From Candidatus Hodarchaeum mangrovi (lineage in GTDB: Archaea; Asgardarchaeota; Heimdallarchaeia; Hodarchaeales; Hodarchaeaceae): DNA of 13,468 nt. Shown here piece after piece: positions 1 to 8,205 of the stretch. Position 1 is the stretch's first letter. Each line of letters starts with the position of its first letter. The stretch is from assembly GCA_016839515.1 (NCBI GenBank), contig JAEOUE010000085.1, positions 1 through 13,468 on the forward strand. The letters are read 5' to 3'. The notes beneath the pieces were generated by a model. The model ran no database searches. It worked only from the letters and a program-made list of their open reading frames with translations, and had not been told where the DNA came from. The position numbers were made by a program, and so were the translations under genes.

Positions 1-1
1 C

Positions 2-1192
2 TGCTCCGATTACTATTGGATCCATTCTTGTATATACTGGAAACAGTACCGTAACAGTTTTCGCATAAGCAGGACTAAATTGACTTGCTATGATAACTCC
101 TAATAGTGTTCCTATAACTGTACCAATGATTGATATTAATAAAGCAATTCCAACATATTGTAAAATAATGGTTTTTCTACTGTACCCTAATGCCTGTGCT
201 ACTCCGATATCTTTACGTTCAGCCACAACCATCCTCCCTAATAATACATATAAACCCCACATAGCCATTCCAAGTAGTATTATTGGTAAAACATAACCTA
301 ATTCCCGTGCTTCTTGTATATCCATTCGAAGCAACCAATAAGCTACCTGTTCATCTAAATCTACGGGTTCACCTAGTTTTAATCCTTTTTCTTCTTCTAA
401 AAAAGTTTTTAATTGATTTGCAATATCTTTTCGCTCTTTTTGTGATAAAGACCAATCCAATTTTACTGATATTTCGTTTACTTTACCTTGAACATTAAGA
501 ATACTTTGTGCTACTCGTAATGGTAAAAAGATTACCCCAAAACGACGAGGTGATGGTAATAAATCAGCATAAGAACCCATATTCATTAAATATTCTGGAC
601 TGGCAACAATACCAAGTACCTGAAAGGGGATGTTTTGGTCTCCTAATCCTATGAAATCATTTTCTTTTAATTTCCAGTATTCTCCTAGATGCCCCTCTAC
701 ATAACAAACATTTTGATATTGACTTGCAAGAGTGAATTCACGTCCTTCTAATATTTCTATCCCATTGACATCAGGTTGTAGACGTAAATTACCTTCTGTA
801 TCAGTTGTTTTATAGGCAATAAGCCTTCCATTCTGACTATTTCCTCGTATGATAAGTTTTGTATCATAAACTACCCTTAATTCATAACTTTCAACAACAG
901 CAATTGATTGTTTAAATTCATCTAGGTAACTGGTAAGGTTATCAAAATCAATCCATGCATCACTACCAGATCCTCCTGGATTAGCAGTCTGAATAGTAAA
1001 ACTAGCCATGTTATACTGTCTGAAAGCTTGCTTATAGGTGAAATCCATGTCAAGAAAAGCCATTATCATCATGTTCCACGAGGAAACACCAATAGCAATA
1101 ACAAAAGAAATTGTGAGAAAACGTAATTTATTTGCTTTTATTGCTCTTATAATGTTTTTAATTGTCTTTGCCATTACTTTTGACCTTCTCAC
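2..1192 (-). CDS. FtsX/MacB/LolE-type ABC transporter permease, 5' part (runs off window start)
   Basis: Not in ORF track; I translated segments by hand. N-terminus (M)RRSKVMAKTIKNIIRAIKANKLRFLTISFVIAIGVSSW (basic stretch plus TM1), a large extracytoplasmic region, then ERKDIGVAQALGYSRKTIILQY, the FtsX-permease 'R..EIG..KALG' motif. The GTG at 1192 overlaps the ATPase stop (GTGA); alternative ATG at 1174. Confidence 0.9.
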   Translation of the reverse strand, partial: MRRSKVMAKTIKNIIRAIKANKLRFLTISFVIAIGVSSWNMMIMAFLDMDFTYKQAFRQYNMASFTIQTANPGGSGSDAWIDFDNLTSYLDEFKQSIAVVESYELRVVYDTKLIIRGNSQNGRLIAYKTTDTEGNLRLQPDVNGIEILEGREFTLASQYQNVCYVEGHLGEYWKLKENDFIGLGDQNIPFQVLGIVASPEYLMNMGSYADLLPSPRRFGVIFLPLRVAQSILNVQGKVNEISVKLDWSLSQKERKDIANQLKTFLEEEKGLKLGEPVDLDEQVAYWLLRMDIQEARELGYVLPIILLGMAMWGLYVLLGRMVVAERKDIGVAQALGYSRKTIILQYVGIALLISIIGTVIGTLLGVIIASQFSPAYAKTVTVLFPVYTRMDPIVIGA

Positions 1193-1911
1193 CAATTTAA
1201 CTGTGATGCATCTATCGGTTTTTGATCTGTAATCGAATCAATCTCTCCTGACCTCAATCTGATTACCTTATGAGCTATTTTAGATATTTCTTGATTATGA
1301 GTAACTAATAAAACGAGTAAATCACTTCGATCCTTCACCATCTGTTGGATAATTGAAAGAACTTTCTTACCCTCTTTAACAGATAATTCACCTGTTGGTT
1401 CATCACATAAAAGTAAACGAGGTTCTTTTGCAAATGCTCGTGCAGCTGCAACTCTTTGTTGTTCTCCTCCCGAAAGTCTAGAAGGAAAGGAAAGCGCTTT
1501 TTTCTCTAATTCTACAGCCTCAAGATACTTTGAAGCTTTCTGAACAACTTCTCTTCGTGAAAGTGAGGTATGACTCAATTCAATTGCATATTCAATATTT
1601 TCTTGTGCGGAAAAAACTGGAATAAGGTTAAAAAATTGAAAGATAAAACCAACGGTGGATCTACGATATCTAGTCAAGTCCTTCTTGTTCATTTTAGTAA
1701 TAATTTTACCATCAATAGAAATATGTCCTTTGCATTTATCAATTCCACCAATGACATTTAAAAGGGTGGTCTTGCCCGAACCTGAAGGACCAAGAACAAC
1801 GACAATTTGACCAGACTCTAATGTGAGATTTACATTTTTAAGAGCAAATATTTCAGAACTACCCATTCTATAAGTTCTATTAACATCTTTTAGTTCGATG
1901 ATTCCCACCAT
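1189..1911 (-). CDS. ABC transporter ATP-binding protein, LolD/MacB/SalX family
   Basis: Walker A GPSGSGKT, Q-loop GFIFQFFNL, signature LSGGEQQRVA, Walker B LLLCDEPTG, H-loop VTHN. ATG at 1911 preferred over TTG at 1923. Confidence 0.95.
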   Translation of the reverse strand: MVGIIELKDVNRTYRMGSSEIFALKNVNLTLESGQIVVVLGPSGSGKTTLLNVIGGIDKCKGHISIDGKIITKMNKKDLTRYRRSTVGFIFQFFNLIPVFSAQENIEYAIELSHTSLSRREVVQKASKYLEAVELEKKALSFPSRLSGGEQQRVAAARAFAKEPRLLLCDEPTGELSVKEGKKVLSIIQQMVKDRSDLLVLLVTHNQEISKIAHKVIRLRSGEIDSITDQKPIDASQLNW

Positions 1912-1928
1912 TGGCACTTCCAAATTAA

Positions 1929-2336
1929 TTATAGACCTTTGACACCTGGATCGAATTCTTTAACTACCTTTGTTCCAGCTTTAATAAAAAAAGTTCTCTT
2001 AAGGTGCAGTTTGAACTGTTTCTTTGTTGAATGATTATCGCTAGTGACCACTCTGATCTTTAGAAGCATCTTTCCTAAAGTTTGACCATCTGTAAGACTG
2101 GAAGATAAAAAGTAGTACAAAGGAAAGAAAATAATGAACCACACTACCACTAGGATCGGTAAAAGATCTTCTAGGAATGGAAAGATATTTTTCCAGAGTA
2201 TTTCATATTCCAATCGGGCTCCAATGTCACAAATTATAGCTATTATAATTCCTATGATCACATCAATTAATCCTGCTAATAGTCTCTGTATTGATAAAAA
2301 AGGTAGTTCTAAATATTGTATTCTATCTTTTGACAT
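1929..2336 (-). CDS. RDD family membrane protein (short, 2-TM form)
   Basis: QRLLAGLIDVII, GQTLGKMLLKIRVV and AGTKVVK motifs. SD GAGGTGA lies just upstream, overlapping the previous gene's stop codon. Confidence 0.85.
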   Translation of the reverse strand: MSKDRIQYLELPFLSIQRLLAGLIDVIIGIIIAIICDIGARLEYEILWKNIFPFLEDLLPILVVVWFIIFFPLYYFLSSSLTDGQTLGKMLLKIRVVTSDNHSTKKQFKLHLKRTFFIKAGTKVVKEFDPGVKGL

Positions 2337-2347
2337 TTAATATCACC

Positions 2348-4393
2348 TCAGTTTATAGTGTTCTTTTTTCTTCTTTTATAACATAGCAAAAGAGCTGTTA
2401 AAAGTATAGGAAGCTCAAAACTGTATACCTGACCTCCACCTGGAATAATCGATTCGAGAGTAATAGTATCTCCTGTCATAATTAAAGCAAAAAATTGTAT
2501 ATCACCTCTTTCGATTGTCGCTTCCCATTGATTCTTTATGTTGTTAAAAATAGTTTCTATTCCAATCCATTCTTGCTTATTCACATCCCAATAACTCCAT
2601 TGATATACTTCAATAAAATCAGATATGCTTTCATTGGAATTAGTAATTGGATATATGAAACTAATCAAAATAATTTCATTCGGTTCATCACAAACGAAAC
2701 TAGTAAGGAATAACATATTCTCAGACATATTGGGGACTCCTTCTTTTGGAAGGGAAACAGTGAATCTTTGATCAATCTTTGAAGCAATTATTAGTGTAAA
2801 CCAATATTTACCTTCTGAATCAATCACTCTGAATGAATTTGGTTGTTCCGCTGATACATTAATTGGCCAATCAAGTACCCCTGCGTGAATATTGAAGAAA
2901 AGAAGTGTAGATTTAGAATTATTCGCTAGATCTGTTGCATTTAAGCTTAATGTATGAGATCCATTAATTAGATATAGAAAAGATAAGCTATAGTCTTGAA
3001 ATGGTTCAACAAGAACAAGTTTTGGAGTCTCATTATCAAGATTATAGCGTAGGGAACAGCTCTCAGAAACATTATATTTCAAAATAAGAGAATCTTTGAT
3101 TGTTGTTTTATTAAGAAAATCTTTTAGATAAATAATAGGGGGAGTATTATCAATTATTAGATGATATTTTATCATACTCCAAACCCCAGCTACACTCTTT
3201 ACATAAATCGATATAACATGAAGCCCCTCAGTTTGCGGAGTTGTTAATGTCCCAATAAAATCGCTTTCCGTACCTAAAATTGTCATATTTGGATTTCCAT
3301 CCCAATTAAAAAGAAAACTGTTATTTGAGGAAGTTATGTTAATTTTTAGTTGTAAATTTCCTTTTAATTGACTATTATTTTTATAATCTTCAAGATTTAT
3401 CCCTGGAAGTGTATTATCGGTTATAAAATGGAATATATAATTTTTTGTTTTGAAAAGATTATCAATAGCGGTAATATAGAAATAGTGAGAACCATCATCT
3501 AGGGGAAAGCTTGTTTCGATAATTGATGAATCTATTGAACGGTTTATACCTTCATCCCATTGATAAAAAATTTCATCTATACCATATAGTGATTCTAGAG
3601 TACAAATCACAGGTGCGTTTGAAGGTCTAGCTGAATTATTGGTTGGTGAAAGGTTTTTTATTTTTGGACCATCATAATCTATTGGTATCTGACTCATTTC
3701 AGCTTTTGTAAGGTTTAACCAAATTGATGAAATAAAAACAAAGTATTGGCTTAAAAATAATCCAGTATTCTTCTCATAATATAGTGCTACAGGATTAGAA
3801 TAAGGGTCACTTCCTGATAATTTCCAGGCATTAAATGTACCAACCCCAGCTAGGTTTATTGGTGTCTCAGAAATGGTCAATAGCATCCCCTGAATTTCCA
3901 AGGTATTTCCGACAGAAAAATTACTCTCATCAATCCAAAAATCAAAATAATCTTGTTTCAAACAGGAAAAAAGACCATAATAATTTGAAACGTTGTAATA
4001 AGGTTGTACACTTGCACGATTCACAAATGAATAAAATGAGGAAGGAATAGGATTTCCATAAAAATCAACTTCTTTGTCATAATCACAAAGAACCTTAATA
4101 TGAGTACTATTAAGTGAAAGTATTGATACATTATAATTTGAGACGAATTCTTCATCTAGATATTCACTGATGGTAATATTTGATACAGGTAAAAAAGCAT
4201 TTTTATCCGTAACTACATTGACATTGTTTAGCCTTTTAGACAGATTTTTATTACTGAATTTTGCTTCATTTTCATTATTGATGTCGAAAGGAGAAATTAA
4301 AGAATTATTAGAAGTTAATGAATTGAGAAAAGTTATAAAAAGCAAGAAAAAAATAAAAGGAAACGTTTTTTTTTCATATCTGAGCATTTCCAT
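2348..4393 (-). CDS. Cell-surface glycoprotein with about 3 Ig-like repeats and a degenerate PGF-like C-terminal sorting tail
   Basis: Signal-like N-terminus from Met28 of the ORF (MEMLRYEKKTFPFIFFLLFITFL). Ig-like units end GSHYFYITAIDNL..DNTLP, GLHVISIYVKSVAG..DNTPP and GSHTLSLNATDLANN. About two dozen N-x-S/T sequons. C-terminus PGGGQVYSFE-LPILLTALLLCY-KRRKK. The ORF-track start at 4474 would cover the divergent promoter, so 4393 or 4387 is preferred. Confidence 0.8.
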   Translation of the reverse strand: MEMLRYEKKTFPFIFFLLFITFLNSLTSNNSLISPFDINNENEAKFSNKNLSKRLNNVNVVTDKNAFLPVSNITISEYLDEEFVSNYNVSILSLNSTHIKVLCDYDKEVDFYGNPIPSSFYSFVNRASVQPYYNVSNYYGLFSCLKQDYFDFWIDESNFSVGNTLEIQGMLLTISETPINLAGVGTFNAWKLSGSDPYSNPVALYYEKNTGLFLSQYFVFISSIWLNLTKAEMSQIPIDYDGPKIKNLSPTNNSARPSNAPVICTLESLYGIDEIFYQWDEGINRSIDSSIIETSFPLDDGSHYFYITAIDNLFKTKNYIFHFITDNTLPGINLEDYKNNSQLKGNLQLKINITSSNNSFLFNWDGNPNMTILGTESDFIGTLTTPQTEGLHVISIYVKSVAGVWSMIKYHLIIDNTPPIIYLKDFLNKTTIKDSLILKYNVSESCSLRYNLDNETPKLVLVEPFQDYSLSFLYLINGSHTLSLNATDLANNSKSTLLFFNIHAGVLDWPINVSAEQPNSFRVIDSEGKYWFTLIIASKIDQRFTVSLPKEGVPNMSENMLFLTSFVCDEPNEIILISFIYPITNSNESISDFIEVYQWSYWDVNKQEWIGIETIFNNIKNQWEATIERGDIQFFALIMTGDTITLESIIPGGGQVYSFELPILLTALLLCYKRRKKNTIN

Positions 4394-4452
4394 ACCATCT
4401 GAAGGGGCTTGATTCGGGAGAAAGTAATTATCAAAAGAGATAAAATAGTCTC

Positions 4453-4467
4453 GTGTACGACGTACAC
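4453..4467. promoter_or_regulatory. Perfect inverted repeat GTGTACG-A-CGTACAC, candidate operator in divergent promoter
   Basis: 7-1-7 palindrome, GC-richer than its surroundings, between divergent starts 4393 (-) and about 4493 (+). A minus-strand TATA-like TTTATATT lies at 4473-4480. Confidence 0.7.
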
Positions 4468-4492
4468 ATCTCAATATAAAGAAAGAATATTT

Positions 4493-4690
4493 TTGGAGGA
4501 AAAGACAATCCCTCGAACCAGTGCTATTACTATTAGATTAGATCTCGAAACAATCCACGAAGTTGAGAAGCTAGCGGAAATTTTACGTTTAAAACCCTCA
4601 ACACTCCTTGGAATGGTCATAAAAGGGAAACTGAAAGAATTTGCAGAGGAATATGTTGATAGAGTCTACAAGGAGGTTAAAGAATTATGA
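4493..4690 (+). CDS. Ribbon-helix-helix (CopG/Arc/MetJ-like) DNA-binding protein
   Basis: SAITIRLD (alternating beta ribbon), LETIHEVEKLAEIL (helix A), RLKPSTLLGMVIKGKL (turn plus helix B). Start uncertain; TTG at 4493 proposed. ATGA overlap with the next gene. Confidence 0.75.
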   Translation: MEEKTIPRTSAITIRLDLETIHEVEKLAEILRLKPSTLLGMVIKGKLKEFAEEYVDRVYKEVKEL

Positions 4691-5430
4691 ATCTATTGGG
4701 TATAATTTCTATTCCTTTAATACTTTTTACTTCTCTTATTTTATTCTTTCTAGCATATCATACATTATTTACTTGGAAGCATTATCGTGAAGAGATTTTA
4801 TTACATTTAAGCTTCATCTTTATCTTCTTTGCTTTGGCAATCATTGGATTCATGATAATCTATATCTTTTCAGGAACTACTTTTACGATATTAGAGCATA
4901 ATCTTTATTTTATTGGATTTATCTATGATTTGTTCTACTTAGAAGTGAGTTTATTTTATCTTTCTCTTTTTCCAAATTCTCGTTATTTTTTAGAAAAATA
5001 TTTCCCCTTTGTTATTGGTTTGATGGCTGTTTCTAACCTTTTTTACGCATTATTAAATCCTTTGGATTACTTTTATATAACACTAGGCGCACATGTTGTT
5101 GTATTTATATTAGGTTGTAGTTTACTTTATCAGACCCATCGCAGATTTAAAAAGAGTGTTAATTATCTCCTAACAGAAGAAGAAAAAAATCTCCTAAAAT
5201 TTTTAGAAAAAATTGTACTAGTGGTATTTATAACTTTTATTATTGATGGAATTGGTTTTATTTTATGGGAGCTACAGATTTTAAATTTACATAACATTGC
5301 AGAGATCGATATTTTCTTCATATCTTCTATGAGTTTTTGTGTGGTAATTATTGGTTATTTTGTCCTGACACAAATTGAGAAAAAATCAAAAGGAATAGAT
5401 TTACTAGCATTATTAAATACAATTTCTTAG
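4687..5430 (+). CDS. Stand-alone 7-transmembrane protein (HisKA-7TM/receptor-like topology)
   Basis: Seven hydrophobic segments (about aa 3-24, 37-61, 73-95, 105-123, 128-147, 176-194, 209-227) and a long charged loop between TM5 and TM6. SD GGAGGT upstream; translationally coupled to the RHH gene. Confidence 0.8.
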   Translation: MNLLGIISIPLILFTSLILFFLAYHTLFTWKHYREEILLHLSFIFIFFALAIIGFMIIYIFSGTTFTILEHNLYFIGFIYDLFYLEVSLFYLSLFPNSRYFLEKYFPFVIGLMAVSNLFYALLNPLDYFYITLGAHVVVFILGCSLLYQTHRRFKKSVNYLLTEEEKNLLKFLEKIVLVVFITFIIDGIGFILWELQILNLHNIAEIDIFFISSMSFCVVIIGYFVLTQIEKKSKGIDLLALLNTIS

Positions 5431-5618
5431 CTTTTTTGCTTTGAGGGACATTTATTATCTCCATAGGAACAGAAAACACAACAATCCCCAAGGAGAGGCT
5501 GAATTGGAGTATTACAGTTCTTGCACTGATATAGTATAATACAACGATCAGCTGGCATCTTAATTTTTTCTTGAACTCCACAATTTGGGCATGTTAATGT
5601 TGAATATAATTGTACCAT
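5427..5618 (-). CDS. GDCCVxC domain-containing small Cys-rich metal-binding protein
   Basis: STLTCPNCG...MPADRC..YQCKNC...PLLGDCCVFCSYGDNKCPSKQ is the recognisable GDCCVxC (seleno)protein pattern. No in-frame TGA here. ATG at 5618 preferred. The stop overlaps the convergent 7TM gene's stop by 4 nt. Confidence 0.88.
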   Translation of the reverse strand: MVQLYSTLTCPNCGVQEKIKMPADRCIILYQCKNCNTPIQPLLGDCCVFCSYGDNKCPSKQKS

Positions 5619-5689
5619 TTTTATTTGCTCTTCCAAGTATATTATTGGACTTTCTCTAAATTTTTTCAAAATTTATTTCTCTGAAGTAG

Positions 5690-6940
5690 CTATGTCCTTA
5701 AATGATTCTTTTCAATTTGACTTAGTGAATCAGCTATTCGCTTTTCAATTGGAGGATGTGATAGATAAAATAGACGTTCCCACCAAGGTGGATTAATATC
5801 TGCTAAATTTTGGTCTGCCATTTTAATAAAAAGACTTTGAACTACCATTTTATTTGGAATCCTTTTACAGGCATAGCCATCAGCAGACTTTTCATCCCTT
5901 CTTGAAAGCCACAGACTTGGTACATTAATTAAAACCTCACTAACCATCCAAAAGCTCAATCCAATCACAGGTAACGTTGCTACACTTGAAATATCAGAGG
6001 GGTAACCTAGAATTGAACTAAGTTGGAGAAATAAAATATTTGTAATAAAAAACATAATAAACGTCGAGATAGTCCCAGTAACAATCCGTTTCCATAAATC
6101 ATGATGAACATGATGAGCCAACTCATGAGCTAGTATCCATTTAATTTCATCATTTGTATATTGGTTTAACATTGTATCGGAGATAACAATCCTTCGTGTA
6201 GAACCAAGACCCATAAGTGCAGCATTACCAACGGTAGCAACTGCTTCTAATTTCCAATTAAAGACATTTTTAGTTTTAAATCCTGCCTGATTAGCTAAAT
6301 CCAGTAATTCTTTTGTTAATTCAGGATGAGTTTTCTCTAAAGATTCAAATTTGTAAAATCGTGGTAAAATTAAAACAGGAACCAGAGCTGAGAGAATAAC
6401 TGAAAATAATATCATTAAAATCGTTGCCCATACCCACCAAGTTGATGTAACGACTCTTAAAATCCAATAAAATCCCTCAAAAATAATTAAAGTAATGATA
6501 AATCCGAGAATTTCTCCCTTTAGATGACGGAAGAACCATTGCCGATTATTTAATTTAGAAAGACCGTATTTTTTGCTGAACCGAACATGAGAATAAAATG
6601 AAAATGGTAATTCGACTATACTCAATAAAATGAATCCAATTATAAAGAATAAACCGACAACAATAAAGGGATCATCTGAAATATTCCCTACTATAAAATC
6701 GTTTAACAGAACTGTGATTTTGGATAGTAAAATCAATCCTGAAACTCCTAGAGAAAGAACCAGAAGTTTTAAGCTATAAATTCGAGAAGCTCTGGTATAT
6801 TCCATTGCCAATTTACGTCTTTCAGGGTCATAATCATAAACCAATTCTGGCTTTAAAGGCTTCTCTAGATCCCTCTCTTTATTTTCTTCTCTCAATTCTC
6901 CTTCATTTGCAGTAACTACCGACTTTTTCTCAATAGTCAA
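5690..6940 (-). CDS. Ste24/CAAX-prenyl-protease-like M48 zinc metallopeptidase
   Basis: Multi-TM N-terminal domain with LPFSFYSHVRFSKKYGLS, then GNAALMGLGSTRRIVISDTML, HELAH (HExxH), SRRDEKSADGYA (third ligand Glu) and SHPPIEKRI. Confidence 0.93.
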   Translation of the reverse strand: MTIEKKSVVTANEGELREENKERDLEKPLKPELVYDYDPERRKLAMEYTRASRIYSLKLLVLSLGVSGLILLSKITVLLNDFIVGNISDDPFIVVGLFFIIGFILLSIVELPFSFYSHVRFSKKYGLSKLNNRQWFFRHLKGEILGFIITLIIFEGFYWILRVVTSTWWVWATILMILFSVILSALVPVLILPRFYKFESLEKTHPELTKELLDLANQAGFKTKNVFNWKLEAVATVGNAALMGLGSTRRIVISDTMLNQYTNDEIKWILAHELAHHVHHDLWKRIVTGTISTFIMFFITNILFLQLSSILGYPSDISSVATLPVIGLSFWMVSEVLINVPSLWLSRRDEKSADGYACKRIPNKMVVQSLFIKMADQNLADINPPWWERLFYLSHPPIEKRIADSLSQIEKNHLRT

Positions 6941-7009
6941 ACCTTAGTCCTCACATAAACAAAAGAAATACTCTCTAAAAAGATATTGATCTGAATTCTA
7001 TGATATTAT

Positions 7010-7813
7010 TTATTGATTAAATATTGAAATTATAGCGGATGCTGGTAACTCTAATGTGTCGTCATAGAAAATATTTCTTTTCTCTAATTCGTTAAATAAG
7101 GAATTAATAATTATTAAATGAGTCTCATAGTCGATTTTTCTTAAATGAGTGTAAACTTGATTACGTAAAAATCGTACAATAGTATAATAATTAGTTTTAT
7201 ATGGAATTGTAACCTCTTTATGAAAACATTTCCATCCTTTTTTAATTAAATGCAATGAAATATCTTTATGAGTTAAGTTACCTCTATGAACATTTCGAAA
7301 ATCATACTCCGCTAATTTCTCATAATAAATTTGAAAAGGAATCGAATTTTGATAATTTACATAAGCATCAAGTAAAATAAAATGACCCGTATTTTTTAAA
7401 AAACATAGGATGTCTTCTAATACTTTATATTTTGATTGAATTAAATGGAATAAATGAGAGACTAGTATTAAATTAAATTTACAAGAAAAAGGTATAAAAA
7501 AAGCATCCGCTTGAACAAGATAAATCGATTTCATTTTATTGCTCTTTGTATAGCATTTTTTGAGCATTTTCTCAGAGATATCTATACCTACAAGTTTTAA
7601 ATCTAACAATTCAGATAGGATTAATGATATTCTACCTGTTCCTACTCCAATATCGAATATCAGATCAGATGGTTTAATTTCAATCTCATTTTTGAAAATA
7701 TTAGAAATTTGAACTATAAGCTCGTTGGGTATGTTCCGCGTGATATCATAATGAGCTGATGCCCAATCAAAAGATGACACTGTTGATTTCAAAGGCGTTT
7801 CCAACATTTTCAT
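7010..7813 (-). CDS. Class I SAM-dependent methyltransferase (UbiE/Methyltransf_11-like)
   Basis: SFDWASAHYD, motif I IFDIGVGTG, motif II VGIDISEKML, VQADAFFIPF, HLFHLI. Start ambiguous (7807, 7813, 7822 or 7867). Confidence 0.9.
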   Translation of the reverse strand: MKMLETPLKSTVSSFDWASAHYDITRNIPNELIVQISNIFKNEIEIKPSDLIFDIGVGTGRISLILSELLDLKLVGIDISEKMLKKCYTKSNKMKSIYLVQADAFFIPFSCKFNLILVSHLFHLIQSKYKVLEDILCFLKNTGHFILLDAYVNYQNSIPFQIYYEKLAEYDFRNVHRGNLTHKDISLHLIKKGWKCFHKEVTIPYKTNYYTIVRFLRNQVYTHLRKIDYETHLIIINSLFNELEKRNIFYDDTLELPASAIISIFNQ

Positions 7814-7947
7814 TTGAAACATTCTTTGCTTATTACCAAAAAATATCTTTTTAATTCTAATTATCAAAGACTTCTTTATTAATAAATTTTTATACTAATT
7901 TTCAAATAAAAGTTCAAAAAATTCACTTTTTCAAATCGATTCCTAGG

Positions 7948-7967
7948 TGTTAAATTTACATTTAACA
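7948..7967. promoter_or_regulatory. Inverted repeat TGTTAAAT-N4-ATTTAACA in the divergent intergenic region
   Basis: Perfect 8-4-8 inverted repeat between the methyltransferase and FKBP-like genes. The AT-rich context lowers its significance. Confidence 0.4.
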
Positions 7968-8205
7968 GTTACAACCCTTAAAATACTAAATTAAAGAATT
8001 TAAATTTATCAAACACGTAAATTGACCCTTTTAGTTGATATTCTCTACTTATCCCTCCTATTCAATTTTCCTAAAAGAAGGCTCCTTCTGATCCTTCCAT
8101 TATAGAAACGCTTCACAAATCGAAATGTTTTTCTAAATGATTCAAATTATCATCGATTAAAGGCTACAATTATAATTTGTTTTTCAATGGATGAGGTTTT
8201 AATCT

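Noticed and set aside
90-4412. Short plus-strand ORFs (90-296, 283-498, 1038-1232, 1570-1761, 2134-2340, 2495-2713, 3835-4050, 4170-4412)
   Set aside because: All are antisense shadows of well-supported minus-strand genes and carry no motifs.
4394-4492. ORF-track N-terminal extensions (start 4474 on minus, 4409 on plus)
   Set aside because: They would overlap head-to-head and cover the palindrome and TATA region. Downstream starts give a proper signal peptide and a normal-sized RHH.
4687-5430. Microbial rhodopsin/schizorhodopsin
   Set aside because: No retinal-binding Lys in TM7 and no RYxDW-like helix C motif.
5348-5581. 77-aa minus ORF
   Set aside because: Alternative frame overlapping the GDCCVxC gene and the 7TM gene end, with no recognisable features.
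5427-7813. Complete CAAX processing pathway (Ste24 + methyltransferase + substrate)
   Set aside because: The methyltransferase is a soluble class I enzyme, not an ICMT-type membrane enzyme, and none of the called proteins ends in a CAAX box.
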